From Eledone cirrhosa (Eukaryota): 64,000 bases of DNA. The translations under genes were made by a program, and so were the position numbers. The notes under the pieces were generated by a model. It was not told the DNA's origin and made no database searches. It saw only the letters and a list, made by a program, of their open reading frames with translations. The stretch is from positions 29,016,001-29,080,000 of the forward strand of contig OZ024750.1 in assembly GCA_964016885.1 (NCBI GenBank), read 5' to 3'. This document shows positions 1-55,409 of the stretch, piece by piece; position 1 is the first letter of the stretch; each line of letters starts with the position of its first letter.

Positions 1-330
1 ATATATATTTCGGGGATATCATATTAACAATATGCTATGCCTTCATCAGACAAAATACAATATAAACAGTTTTATAGATAAATATATTCGACATACCGTA
101 ATAAACATCAACTTCATTTGAAGAGGTTCACTCTAGCAGTGAACCTCTAGAGTGAACCTCTTCAAATGAAGTTGATGTTTATTACGGTATGTCGAATATA
201 TTTATCTATAAAACTGTTTATATTGTATTTTGTCTGATGAAGGCATAGCATATTGTTAATATGATATCCCCGAAATATATATAATGAAATAAATATGGTT
301 TTATAAATATAGTTTTCCATTTATTTATAT
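1..330. mobile_element. Fold-back element in (TA)n, probable Penelope-like pLTR remnant
   Basis: Perfect inverted repeat 1-136 / 147-282 with 10-nt spacer, hammerhead core, AT-rich tail, then (TA)n. Confidence 0.65.
226..291 (+). ncRNA. Minimal type-I hammerhead ribozyme (Penelope-like), imperfect stem II
   Basis: UAUUUUGU-CUGAUGA-stem II hairpin (241-271, 3 mismatches)-GAAA-UAUAUA-UA^-AUGAAAUA. Stem I is 8 bp with 2 GU pairs. A mirror copy of the core sits at 1-57 on the minus strand. Confidence 0.6.
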
Positions 331-352
331 AAATATATATATATATATATAT

Positions 353-489
353 ATAGGAACGAGTAGGACCCCGACGGCTTGAGCTCAGCCGTCGGGGTCC
401 TACTCGTTCCTATTACCCACTGTACTACCCTAAGTATTGAGTACTTTGGTGCGTTATGGTCCATCTGGTTCCTTACCACATTTCCTTCG

Positions 490-491
<2 letters not shown>
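353..491. mobile_element. Short fold-back element between (TA)n tracts
   Basis: 27-bp perfect arms 353-379 / 387-413 plus unique tail; related sequence in the opposite orientation at about 1725-1865. Confidence 0.55.
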
Positions 492-525
<34 letters not shown>

Positions 526-3137
526 CAGTTTAGTCAGGGAAGGAGATATCCCTAAACCAGAGGATTGGTCTCAGCCCTTACAACAGTGGACCTTAAGACC
601 AGCTGGTGGTATTACACTGGATGCCCAAAGACCAGCTGGTGTTGTTAAACTGGACATTCCACTAAAGACACCTAAAACCCAGCTGGTGGGATTAAAATGA
701 ATGAGATTAAGTTATATTCACTCTTCATTTATTTTGTGCTATCAAAATTTTCATTGTACTTTCTGCAACTTGATCACTGACACAATTGTAGTGAGATTGT
801 ATTAGTGACCAGGTCAAAGGTGCAACAGAACGAATAAAAACTGAATATTACAATTTATGTAGGGTTTTTTTTTTTTAATAACTAAAATGATTCTTTCATA
901 ATGTCTAGCGTTATTTGAGACTGAAATTATTGTCTTCGCTTCAAACTCTGAGACAGACATATCAACTAAATGTTATACTATACACCCAGTTACAATCAGA
1001 CATATTATAATCATCTAGATGTAATATAGGTTTATGCAATATTTCTATCACCTATTTCTAACACAATTGTGATATAAATATTAGATATTAACCAGTTTTG
1101 TTATGAATACTCCAGTGTAACATGGACATTATAAATATATTTTACTCATAACATAAAAAATCATGTGAAGCTCTGTACATTTCATACTTCAGAAGGATTT
1201 TTACATACATTTAGTTATACATGATATATATACATAACATGATATATACATAATATATATATAGATATAGATAGATAGATTAACAAAGCTAGTTGTGTAC
1301 AATCTGTTTAGCTACAGCTGCTCTCTACTCACTTCATGATTTAACAAATATTGTATGTTGTAAATACGAACTTAACTATATTACTAATTCTATTCACTAT
1401 ATTACTAATTCCATTCACTAACACATTCAAAGATCTAAAATTTCTTACATAGAGCCCAGTTATTCTCCTTTTGAGTTTTTAATCCTTTTTAAGTCGAGTA
1501 ATGTATATTTTATGAAACAAATTACTTGAACTTTTTTTCTCAACAAAAATCTATCATTCTCCCTTGTATGTGTATATTTAACTTTGTCTTTCATCCTTAT
1601 GGGGTCGACAAAATAAAGTACCAGTAATGCACTGGGTAATTGCTGGCCTTGTGCCAAAAAGTAGAAACAATTATATATATATATATATATGTGTGTGTTG
1701 ATAGTCTGCAGCTCTGGGATCAGGAAGACCACAAATCAAAGAAGTACTCAATACATGGAAAGATGCGGAGTGGGTATATTAATGGAGTAGAGGATCAGCC
1801 ATGAGCTTGACAGTTTTAAGCTGAAACGGCTGAGCTCGTGGCTCATCCTCTACCCTGCTTCCATGTTTGGAATTTCTTATAGTATAAAATATATATTTAT
1901 TAGAATGACTAGCACATGGAAATGGTGAACATTAGATTATATAAGGAAATCTTAAGATTTGTCAAGGTGTTTCAAGGATTTAAAATTTGAAGTATTGAAA
2001 TTCAAGCAGAGAATCACTATAAGTGATAATAACATTAGAAAATCAGGTAAAATATCCTGGCAGCAGCTGGCTACTTTTCTTCTGTTTTTAGGGGTATTTT
2101 ACCCGATTTTTTAAAGCTATTATGATTCATAATGATTCTGTGTTTGGATTTCAACATTTCAAATTTCAATGAAATAGAATCAAAGAAAACAAGAGAAAGA
2201 CGCATACTCCAGCAGGGGACACCAGTGTTGTCTTAACCCTTTAGCATTTAAACTGGCCGTATCCGGCCAGAATTCTCTCACCTTTTTCTGTTTAAACCAG
2301 TTGTAAATAGCCACTCATACTGACATTAAGTTATTGTTCTCAAAATAAATAATATCAAAATCTCATAGATTAGATATTATGTAAGATAAAGCCTTTACCA
2401 TAAAAATACGATAGTATATATAGAGTAATGTAAATGCTAAAGAGTTAGAATATCTTCAGTCTAACAGAAATGGAAACTAGTTTAAGTGAGAGGTTTGAAC
2501 CTTAACGGTTGCTACTAACTAAATTATATTAAAAACTAATTAGAAAATGAGAAATTAAAAGTAAAAATACTGTAAAACAAAAAGTCATATATATATATAT
2601 TGTTAACCTTTCCATACTCACACATCACATATATAGATTGTGAACCTTTCCATACTCACACACACACACACACACCATACATAGAATGTTCCTTCAAAGT
2701 TTGTAGAGCAATATTAGTTGTTGGACTTCTATTGGTTTCAACAATGAATACCTCCAATTGTTTGATCAACAGGATAGCCTGCTTGGGAATTTAATGTGCA
2801 AGTGGCTGAGTATTCCACAGATAAGTACATCTTTGTCAGCTGAATGGATTGAAGCAACGTATAATAAAGTGTCTTGCTCAATAACACAACACACTGCCAG
2901 AAATTGAACTCATGAACTTACAATCATAAGTCAAACACCCTAACCAGCATCTTACTTTTATAGTAATAACTAATGAATTTTTTGTGGCATATATTCTGAA
3001 ATGTGTGCAATCAAACTAAAATACAAAGAGGAGGAAGAAAAAATACCAAGCTAGATATTTTTACAATCATTTCTACACAGAGGAACTATGAATTGATTTA
3101 GCCTTCAACAAATAAGACAGTTCGTGGTTAAAGTATT

Positions 3138-3875
3138 TATAATAATATTAACTTATCATAATGTACAAGTATGGTTAGTGTATTACAGACATTATAATAC
3201 TATTATACCATGATGTACAATATAATTAGTGTATTACAGATTTATAATAATATTAACTTACCATAATGTACAATATAGTTAGTGTATTACAGATTTATAA
3301 TAATATTAACATACCATGATGTACAATATAGTTAGTGTATTACAGACTTATACTATTAACTTACTGTAATGTACAATATAGTTAGTGCATTACAGATTTA
3401 TAATAATATTAACTTACCATAATGTACAATATAGTTAGTGTATTACAGATTTATAATATTAACTTACCATAATGTACAATATAGTTAGTATTACAGATTT
3501 ATAATAATATTAACTTACCATAATGTATAATATAGTTAGTGTATTACAGATTTATAATAATATTAACTTACCATAATGTATAATATAGTTAGTGTATTAC
3601 AGATTTATAATAATATTAACTTACCATAATGTATAATATAGTTAGTGTATTACAGATTTATAATAATATTAACTTACCATAATGTACAATATAGTTAGTG
3701 TATTACAGATTTATAATAATATTAACTTACCATAATGTACAATCTAGTTAGTGAATTATAGATTCATAATACTATTATCACAATGTACAATATAGTTAGT
3801 GTATTATCATAACATACAATATAGTTAGTGTATTACAGATTTATAATAATATTAACTTACCATAATGTACAAATA
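3138..3875. repeat. 53-bp minisatellite, about 14 copies
   Basis: Unit tataataatattaacttaccataatgtacaatatagttagtgtattacagatt. Confidence 0.9.
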
Positions 3876-4134
3876 TAGTAGGCAAGGTTTATCATTTTTT
3901 TGTTATCAACATATCCCAATGAGTGAGCCATTAACATGAACCATTATTTTAATTAAAACATATACTTAATGAATTTTGTTATAATTCACAGCAGCAGCAG
4001 CAGCAGAACCATCTCAAAACCTAGCATGTCTACATTCACAACAAACGTTCCAAATAAAATGTTTTATGGATTCAACAAATTTTAGTCAATCTGCTCTCTC
4101 TCTCTCTCTTTATTATATACACATATATATATAT

Positions 4135-4475
4135 CTTAAAAAAGGAAAAGAATAACTTCACTTGTAGTTGGCATTGTATAAAAATTTAATTTTATAAATT
4201 TACAATTCTATAATTTTGCTATGTCAATTTAATAAGCCCTTTGTTAACTTTGGTGGAAAGTTTTTCTTAAAAATCCTGGTTAACTTTCTGGAGAACTTTC
4301 TTGCATTTGTCAGTGGCGAAAAAACACTTTCCACCAAAGTTAACAAAGGACTTATTAGATCTACATAGCAAAATTATAAAATTAAATTGTTATAGAATAC
4401 AAACTACAAGTGAAGTCATTCTTTTTCTTTTTTTAAATATACCTTACTGTACCAAGGATCTCACACATTTTCTAA
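4135..4475. mobile_element. Older, diverged fold-back element between (TA)n tracts
   Basis: Imperfect inverted arms about 4135-4260 / 4327-4440 plus tail. Confidence 0.55.
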
Positions 4476-7138
4476 TATATATATATATCATAAGTTTTCT
4501 CATGTATATATATCATAAGTTGACAATTTCTAAGAGTAGCTAATATCTAATTCTGATTTTCTTTATGAGGCACATATATCCAATATAAATGTAGAGGAGG
4601 ATATTAATGGGGGTTGACAATCAATGAAAACTTATCCCTCCATAAATAACTGGTATTCATTTTATTGATCCAGAAGGAATGAAAAGCTAGGCAAGATTTA
4701 AATTCAGGACTGTAAGGGTTCAAACTAGGGGCCGTAACTAGTCTAACTCTAGTACACATTTACACACACTTTCTCATTCACACACACACATACAATCTCT
4801 CTCTTTCTCACACACACACAATATATATATATAGTGAAGGTGTGTGGCTGAGTGGTAAGAGAATTGGATTCACAATCGTGAGGTTGTGAGTTTGATTCCC
4901 GGACTGGGTAATTCGTTATGTCCTTGAGCAAGACACTTTATTTCACATTGCTCCTTCTACCTGGAGTTGTGACCAATAGATAATATTAGCAATTGGAAAG
5001 ACCAACGGAAACATTGTTTCCTTAGTCCGGTTTGACAACAGTCAATCGACTGTCGCTATATCACACACACAAAATCTCCCTCCGTCTCCCACACACAATC
5101 TCTCTCTTTCACACATGCATACAATCTCTTTCTCTCTCTCTCTCTTGTCAACACAACAGAGTTAATATCAATAAGCAACAGGTTTGATCAAATGGTTTAT
5201 TGATTAACATTACCAACACATCGCCTTCACATTATCCACCATTACTAACACTTTGCCTACACATTGCCAACACTTTGCCTACACATTATCAAATATTATC
5301 AACACAGCTACTCTGTCACAGGCCTTCTCTAGATCAACTAAAGCTAGATATAGAGGCTATTCTTAACTAAAGTGACTATAACAATATAGATAGGGCACGC
5401 TCTATCTGTCACTTTACACCTCACAATAGTTAAATACTAAGATGTTGGCTTGAGCACAACTGACCAGTTACTTCTGTGGTGACCATATCAGTTGGTCTGA
5501 ACACAACTGACCAGTTACTTCTGTGGTAGTGATCTATCAATCTACTTGAACAGATCTGACCAAATAACCTATGGGCTACAGATTTGTTGGCTTGAGCAGA
5601 ACTGACCAATAACCTATGGACTATGGATCTGTAGATCTATCTACAAAACTGACCATTAACCTATGGGCTACCGATCTATCCACAAAACTGACCAGGGATG
5701 TTTAAAAACACCAGCAGCAAATACTACCGAGTAGAAAGTAGACTAAAATGACATTCTCTTAAACATGAATTAAGAACACAATCTACCTAGACAGGTTGTT
5801 GATGTTGTTACTGCTCACACCTGCATAAGTTTAACTGACCACCAATGAGGTTGCATCTTGTAAGAGGTGTCTTGGGTGTTTTAATGATAGCGACCCCAGT
5901 CCTGTCAACATACTGTAAGCAATGATAATTCAACAGTTAACTCAATTGATTCAATATTTCTAATGAAATACACTGTCTATATGTTCTGATTAATTCTGAA
6001 AATTATCAATAAATTGGAGGAATTTAATAAACTAATCAAACTTTCCATTATTCAGTTGATATTTGGAACTCAACTTAACATGTTCTTACATAAAAATTAA
6101 AAATTATGATGGAAGATTTTCATATAAGTACGAACACTTTAAAACAAGTTTTCTATCATAGAACCAAGGGCTGTTTTATGTGGATTTGTGTCAAAATAGT
6201 TAAAACATTCTATATTTACATTATTAGAAAATTACCAACAGTCTATCAACACCTCCCTCAGTAGACTGTGTGGCAGAGTTGACTACATTAGGTAGATGAG
6301 GCATCTAATTATCAAGTTTTCAAGAACCAATAATCTACAATTGGCTCATTGATTGACAAGGCCATTTCCTATCTTTGTTTCTGCACTAATCCTTCCTTTC
6401 TTCCCCCAAATTGCATATTGTCTGGAACTCTCACACTTCTCATGTTTTCCCTTCCAATAATTCAAGTTGGCTGCAACAATCTTCAAGTTCTTTCAATCCC
6501 TAGAGTAAATTTGTCTAAAAAGACAATCAGCATTGTCCTTCCACCCCAGTCTGTGGTATCAGCTAAAAATATAAAGATGGTGAATATGATGCGAGCAGTA
6601 AAGAGATGATACATAATTCTTTGTTTTGTCTTAATCATGATCATATTCTTTGCCCACTTATTCCTGAGAGGATCCAGGGGAGGGAGAGGGGGGGGGGGGT
6701 CCTCAAACTCATTCCAGTGGGTCATCATCATTAAAAAAAAAGTTCAAATTAAATCAATAAAATTTGATGTTATTTTTCATCTATCAGACAAGAATAGGAT
6801 CAATAAAATAAATACCAGTAATATACTGAAACTGACTGTGCCCAATCCTCTTATAAAACAATAGACACTGTGGCTATGTAGAAATATATTATTAACAACA
6901 CTACATAATAAGACAGATTAATTCTATCTTCTTACTGTAATTAATGTTGAAAAGATATAAGCTGTACTCTTTTGCTGACATCATTTAATTTGATGATCAT
7001 AATTAATACAAAATAGTTTAGATCTTGTCAACAAAAATATTTAAAAAAAATACCACTCAGTACATTTCAAAATAAAAGTAATTAATTTCTCTGCATTCTT
7101 AAATTTTTTTTGTCCTCATTCCTATGTAAGAATCAAAT

Positions 7139-49031
<41,893 letters not shown>

Positions 49032-51039
49032 CTGAAAGATAGATTACAACAAAAGGTGTATAAAACCAAGAATTTAATTTTTAAATATTCCTAATTTTTT
49101 GAATTAAAGTATTACCATATATACTTGAATATAAATCTATCCAAATATAAACTGCCCCTCCATTTTATCACCGATTTTTTGGTCACATATTCCTTGGCTT
49201 ATTTTCAATTATATACGGTACACACTATTTCTATTAGATTTTCATTAAAACCCTTTCATTACCATATTTCTTATGAAATTTTCAATTCATTTTGAAAATA
49301 ATCAAAATTATTTAGTAATCTAATAACTAACTTTCTCATAATTAACCCAGTGTTTGGAGCATAACTTAAAGGCACTTACATAAAATTATGATGGTAGGAT
49401 TTTAAACACTTTAAAAAATTAACAGCTTTGACCATAGAACCAGAAGCAATTTCTGGTGATTTGATATTGAAAAGGTTAGAGTCATTTTTGTTTCAATGGT
49501 TACTGGTCCCTGCTGTGTCATTTAACCCTTTTAATACCAAACCACCCCAAACCACCTATGGTCCTATAATCACTGGTCCCTACTGTGTCACTTAACCCTT
49601 TTAATACCAAACTGTCTGGAGCTACCCCTGGTTCTATAGTCACTGGTCCCTGCTATTTCCCTTAACTCCTTTGGTACCAAACCATCTGAAACCACTGCTG
49701 ATTCTAGGATATAAAACTGCTTGCTATAAGATGTTTAAATTTATCTAAAAACATTCAATCATAATTTTGTGTCAGAACCTTTGTTAAGTTATACTCCAAC
49801 GACCAGCTCAATAACGAGAAAGTTAGTTACATTATCTATTAAATCCCTTCAAATTTTTAATAATTTCCAAATTTAATTTTTAAAACATCATAAAAAGTAT
49901 CTTTCATTAGATATATGATAATGAAAGGGTTAAAAAAGTCATTTTAAAAACTTAAACAAAAACCTAAGAAAACATTCAAATATTAGAATATTTAACAGTT
50001 TTCAAACTATTAACAAGTGACCCCATAGTAAAGTTAACCTTTCAATAAAATAGTCTCATTTCCATTTGTATCCATTTCACTTTATTTATGTTACTAATAC
50101 CCTGTACTCCCAAATAATGGAGGGGGAGGGGGTAGAATAAGTGGGAGGGTTGGAAAATCGTTAATTTTTTTAGGTTGTCTCTTGATTTTTTTAAAACCAG
50201 AATTAGTTGTTTAGTTTACATATTGAAACCCCAACCAATCCTACTTATTTTATAACATATTGTACTTTTTTCATCATGTATAATGTTTTTTAATGTAAAA
50301 AGAAAATTAAAATGAAATTTTGCTGGAGATAGATAAGCAAAATTTAATAAGAGAGGGGATTGGAAAATAAATCTGAAAAATTAGTAAGTGGGGATAACGA
50401 TTATTCAAGACCCAAAAGTAACTCTTTTGTTACTAAACTCCTTGAAATCACCTGTCTAAATGGTACAAAACTGCTTATTTTTAAGTGTTCATACATATAT
50501 TAAAAACTTTCATCATAATTTTTTATAAGACCCTTTTGTTAAGTAATGCTTCAAACATCAGTTTAATAACTGTTTCTATATTTGGCAGAAGGTCAGCATT
50601 TTGAAAGAAAGGGGAAAGTCGATTAATTGAATCAACCCCAGTGTATTATTGGTACTTTATTTTATCGACTCCACAAGGATAAAAGGCAAACCTAACCTCA
50701 GCGGGATAATGAAAAAGTTATAATAAATTCCTCCAAATTGTTGATTATTTTCGAAATTAATTGAAACATATATGCAGTATATTTCATTAGAAAAGTGATA
50801 ATGAAAGAGTTAAAAGGATATTTCTGTAAATTCCCATCTACAACATGTTCCTGTGGTTCAGTACATCAAGAGCATCCCCACCCCGCATTGTCCAGACATA
50901 TATCATTGTGGTAGTGATAGTAGTGGTCTATTTTAACAGAGAATTATATATAGACCGAGGAGCATGTCAGACTACAAAAGAAATGTTTAAGTTGATAAGA
51001 TAATGATTTCAAAGATCAAGTTCAATGCCAATACTTTGT

Positions 51040-51825
51040 TTTGTCTTTAGTAATTCAGCCAAAGGTATTGGACTATGTTAACTCAGACAAAACAGAATAC
51101 ATAAGCTTAAACCAAAGATATTGGACTCCATGTTAACTCAGACAAAACAGAATACATAAGCTTAAACCAAAGGTATTGGACTCCATGTTAACTCAGACAA
51201 AACAGAATACATAAGCTTAAACCAAAGGTATTGGACTCCATGTTAACTCAGACAAAACAGAATACATAAGCTTAAACCAAAGGTATTGGACTCCATGTTA
51301 ACTCAGACAAAACAGAATACATAAGCTTAAATCAAAATAGAACAATCAAAACAGTATTTGGCACAGCTCTCAACTATAGAAAGATACTTTACTAACCAGA
51401 TAAGTAAATTAAGAAATGCATTGGTAAGGGCTTGGGTGCTATAAACTGCTTGTTTAAAAGTGTTCATACATATATTAAAAACTGCCATCATAACTTTAGA
51501 TAAGACCCTTTTGTTAAGTAATGCTTCAAATATCAGTTTAATAACTGTTTCTATATTTGGCAGAAGGTCAGCATTTTGAGAGAAAGGGGAAAGTCGATTA
51601 ACTAGATCAATCCCAGTGCATTACTGGTACTAGCTATCTCTAATGTGGAAATCTAGACTTCTAGATAACATGAGAAGGAGCCTCTTTCAAGCAACCATTA
51701 CCTCTGTTCTATTGTATGGCTGCTCAGCATGGAGCCTTTACTCAAAACTGGAAAGAAGATTAGATGGAGTCTACGCTCACAAGCTAAGAGTGGCTTTGAA
51801 TATCACTTGGAGAAAAGCTACATGG
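51040..51825 (+). mobile_element. Decayed LINE RT fragment with internal 57-bp tandem amplification
   Basis: AKGIGLHVNSDKTEYISLNQ about 5 times (51057-51335), then SLFQATITSVLLYGCSAWSL. Confidence 0.7.
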
Positions 51826-51869
51826 TCATCTTTGAATGTTTGTACAAATACACTGCTGACCTACATTAA

Positions 51870-52256
51870 CCCTTTAGCATTTACATTACTCTATATTTAC
51901 TATTATATTTTCATGGTAAAGGCTTTACCTCATATAATTATCTCATATAATATTGAATGTATGAGATTTTGATATTATTTATTTTGAGAACAATACCTTA
52001 ACATCAGTTTGAGCAGCTGGCTACAGCCAGTTTGAACAGAAAGAGATGAGAAAATTCTGGCCGGATACAGCCAGTTTGAACAGAAAGTGGTGAGAGAATT
52101 CTGGTTGGATACAGCCGGTTTAAACAGAAAGAGGTGAGAGAATTCTGGCTGGATACACCTGGTTTAAACAGAAAGAGGTGAGAGAATTCTGGTCGGATAG
52201 AGCCAGTTTAGATGAGAAAATCGTGGCCGGATACAGCTCGTTTAAATGCTAAAGGG
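51870..52256. mobile_element. piggyBac-like MITE with amplified subterminal block
   Basis: TTAA TSD and TIRs; about 38-bp block repeated 4-5 times. Confidence 0.85.
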
Positions 52257-52496
52257 TTAAAGAACATTTATCTTTCATTTACTGAATCCTTTGGATACAA
52301 AACCATCTGAAACTGAGCTTGGTTTATAATACAAAACTTTGTTTTAAAGTGTTTATATTTATAGAAAAAGAAAAACCTTTCATCTGAATACTAAAAACCT
52401 TTAAGTTATGCTCCAGACACTAGATAAATTATAAGAAAGTTAGTCATATTATTAAATCGTTTCAAATTCTTGATTATTTGCAAAATTAATTGAAAC

Positions 52497-52734
52497 ACAT
52501 AGGTAGTGTCTTTCATTAGAAATATGGTAATGAAAGGGTTAATGACATAGACAGTGTCATTCATTAGAAATATGGTAATGAAAGGGTTAATGATATAGGC
52601 AGTGTCATTCATTAGAAATATGGTAATGAAAGGGTTAATGACATAGGCAGTGTGTTCCATTAGAAATATAGTAATGAAATGGTTAATGACATAGGTAGTG
52701 CTTTTCATTAGAAATATGGTAATGAAAGGATTAA
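52497..52734. repeat. 48-bp tandem repeat of a MITE terminus, 5 copies
   Basis: cattagaaatatggtaatgaaagggttaa; the same terminus occurs singly at about 49250 and 49905-49932. Confidence 0.8.
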
Positions 52735-53977
52735 AATATTAATTTTTCTTGTTACTGTTTTGGAATTAACTATCGGAGTCACATTCATGTGCTTACATTA
52801 ACTGACTGTATTTAGTCCTAGTACTGGTATCTGTTCAATACTAGTTGTTTACATTGACTGCCTGTATTTAGTCGTATGTCTTATCTGTTCATCACTAGTT
52901 GTTTACATTGACTGCCTGTATTTAGTCCTATGTCTTATCTGTTCATCACTAGTTGTTTACATTGACTGACTGTATTTAGTCCTATGTCTTCTTCAGGTCT
53001 GAATACAGCAGATTTCTTCCGGAGGAGAGAGAGAGTGAGAGTGAGAGAGAGCCAGTAAGACAGAGATATAGAGGAAGAATTGACCCCATTATTTGACTGG
53101 TATGATATTTGTACGTATGTATATAAAGTGTGTTGTTTGCTTGAGCAAGACACTTTATTTCACATTGCTCCAGTTTATTCAGCTGTAGAAATGAGATGAT
53201 AGGGACTGGGGTCCCTATCATTCCACTGCAAAGTGGTTGTGGAGGTGCCATGGCAAAAAAGCACCCAGCCCACATTGTAACGTGGACGTGAAGGCGCCAT
53301 GGAAAAAAAGCACCCAGCACTCACTGTAAATGAGGTTGGTGTTAGGAAGGGCATCCAGCTGTAGAAATCAAGCCACAATCAGTTCCCGTATGAGCAAGAC
53401 AAGGTCAGCCGACCGGACACTGCCCACAACAGGACAACCCGTGTTTGCATACGTGTGCGTATGCATACGTGTGCGTATGCGTACGTGTGTGTATGCGTAC
53501 GTGTGTGTATGCGTACGTATGTGTATGATGTACGTATGTGTATGATGTACGTATGTGTATGATGTACGTATGTGTATGATGTACGTATGTGTATGATGTA
53601 TGTATGTGTATGATGTACGTATGTGTATGATGTACGTATGTGTATGTACGTGTACATGTGTGTGTACATGTGTGTGTAGATTAGTTACTAATGTGGTGAA
53701 AGACCAACCACAGACATGAGGGAGTGGACTGTGATATTTTTTTCAGATAAGATAATAAATTATGATAAAAATAAAAATAATTATGTTTGAAACTTTTGGA
53801 ATTAGACATTTCTGGACTATAAATGTCTTGTCTCTCTTGCATGTTACTATATTCTACACAAGCTTTCCATTGGTCCATTCAGCAGAATAATTAACATATT
53901 GGCTTTCTCGGTTATCAACATGTTTAATCAGTAAAGTTGGTGTTGAAGAGAGACATAATAACGATTTCTATTGTAGT

Positions 53978-55075
53978 GCCTAGTCCACACTGTAAAGTGG
54001 TTGTGTAAGTGTCACAACAAAAAACACCTAGTCCACACTGTAAAGTGGTCATGTAGGTGTCACAACAAAAAACACCTAGTCCACACTGTAAAGTGGTCAT
54101 GTAGGTGTCACAACAAAAAACACCTAGTCCACACTGTAAAGTGGTCATGTAGGTGTCGTCCACACTGTAAAGTGGTCATGTAGGTGTCACAACAAAAAAC
54201 ACCTAGTCCACACTGTAAAGTGGTCATGTAGGTGTCACAACAAAAAACACCTAGTCCACACTGTAAAGTGGTCATGTAGGTGTCACAACAAAAAACACCT
54301 AGTCCACACTGTAAAGTGGTCATGTAGGTGTCAACAAAAAACACCTAGTCCACACTGTAAAGTGGTCATGTAGGTGTCACAACAAAAAACACCTAGTCCA
54401 CACTGTAAAGTGGTCATGTAGGTGTCACGACAAAAAACACCTAGTCCACACTGTAAAGTGGTCGTGTAGGTGTCAACAAAAAACACCTAGCCCACACTGT
54501 AAAGTGGTCATGTAGGTATCACGACAAAAAAACACCTAGTCCACACTGTAAAGTGGTCATGTAGGTATCACGACAAAAAACACCTAGTCCACACTGTAAA
54601 GTGGTTGTGTAAGTGTCACAACAAAAAACACCTAGTCCACACTGTAAAGTGGTCATGTAGGTATCACGACAAAAAACACCTAGTCCACACTGTAAAGTGG
54701 TCGTGTAGGTGTCACAACAAAAAACACCTAGTCCACACTGTAAAGTGGTCATGTAGGTATCACGACAAAAAACACCTAGTCCACACCGTAAAGTGGTCGT
54801 GTAGGTGTCACAACAAAAAACACCTAGTCCACACTGTAAAGTGGTCATGTAGGTGTCACGACAAAAAACACCTAGTCCACACCGTAAAGTGGTCGTGTAG
54901 GTGTCACAACAAAAAACACCTAGTCCACACTGTAAAGTGGTCATGTAGGTGTCACAACAAAAAACACCTAGTCCACACTGTAAAGTGGTCATGTAGGTGT
55001 CACGACAAAAAACACCTAGTCCACACTGTAAAGTGGTCGTGTAGGTGTCACGATAAAAAGCACCCAGCACACACT
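53978..55075. repeat. About 45-bp SINE-derived minisatellite, about 24 copies
   Basis: aaaaaacacctagtccacactgtaaagtggtcatgtaggtgtcacaac, running into a SINE 3' half at 55056-55240. Confidence 0.93.
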
Positions 55076-55409
55076 ATAAATGTGGTTGGCGTTAGGAAGG
55101 ACATGCAGCTGTAGAATCCAAGTCTAAAATCAGCCCTGCATGAACGAAATACGGTCCTCCAAACAGATTTCTCACAAAGGGACAGTCCGTCCTACCCATG
55201 CTAGCTTGGGAGATGGACGTTAAATAATGATGATGATGATGACTATAGACACAAGGCCAGCAATTTTGGGGGAAGGGAAAAGTCGATTAAATTGACCCCA
55301 GTGCATCACTGGTGCTATATTTTAACCCCATAAGGATGAAAGGCAAAGCTAACCTAAGAGAAGAGAGCAGAAATAATTCCTGTATTCTGGTTTTTAGAAT
55401 AGAATAGAT

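Noticed and set aside
437-700. 87-aa ORF
   Set aside because: Crosses a (TA)n tract and a short local repeat; no recognisable domain or splice context
4261-4326. Possible hammerhead in the loop of the diverged fold-back element (minus strand ctgacaa...gaaagttaac)
   Set aside because: Core nucleotides and stems I/II do not pair convincingly; at best a decayed remnant
4836-4910. tRNA gene (also 38463-38535)
   Set aside because: A and B boxes run directly into SINE core sequence; no complete cloverleaf
700-7138. Exact APPL 3' UTR end or polyadenylation site
   Set aside because: Many AATAAA-like signals in AT-rich DNA; cannot be chosen without transcript data
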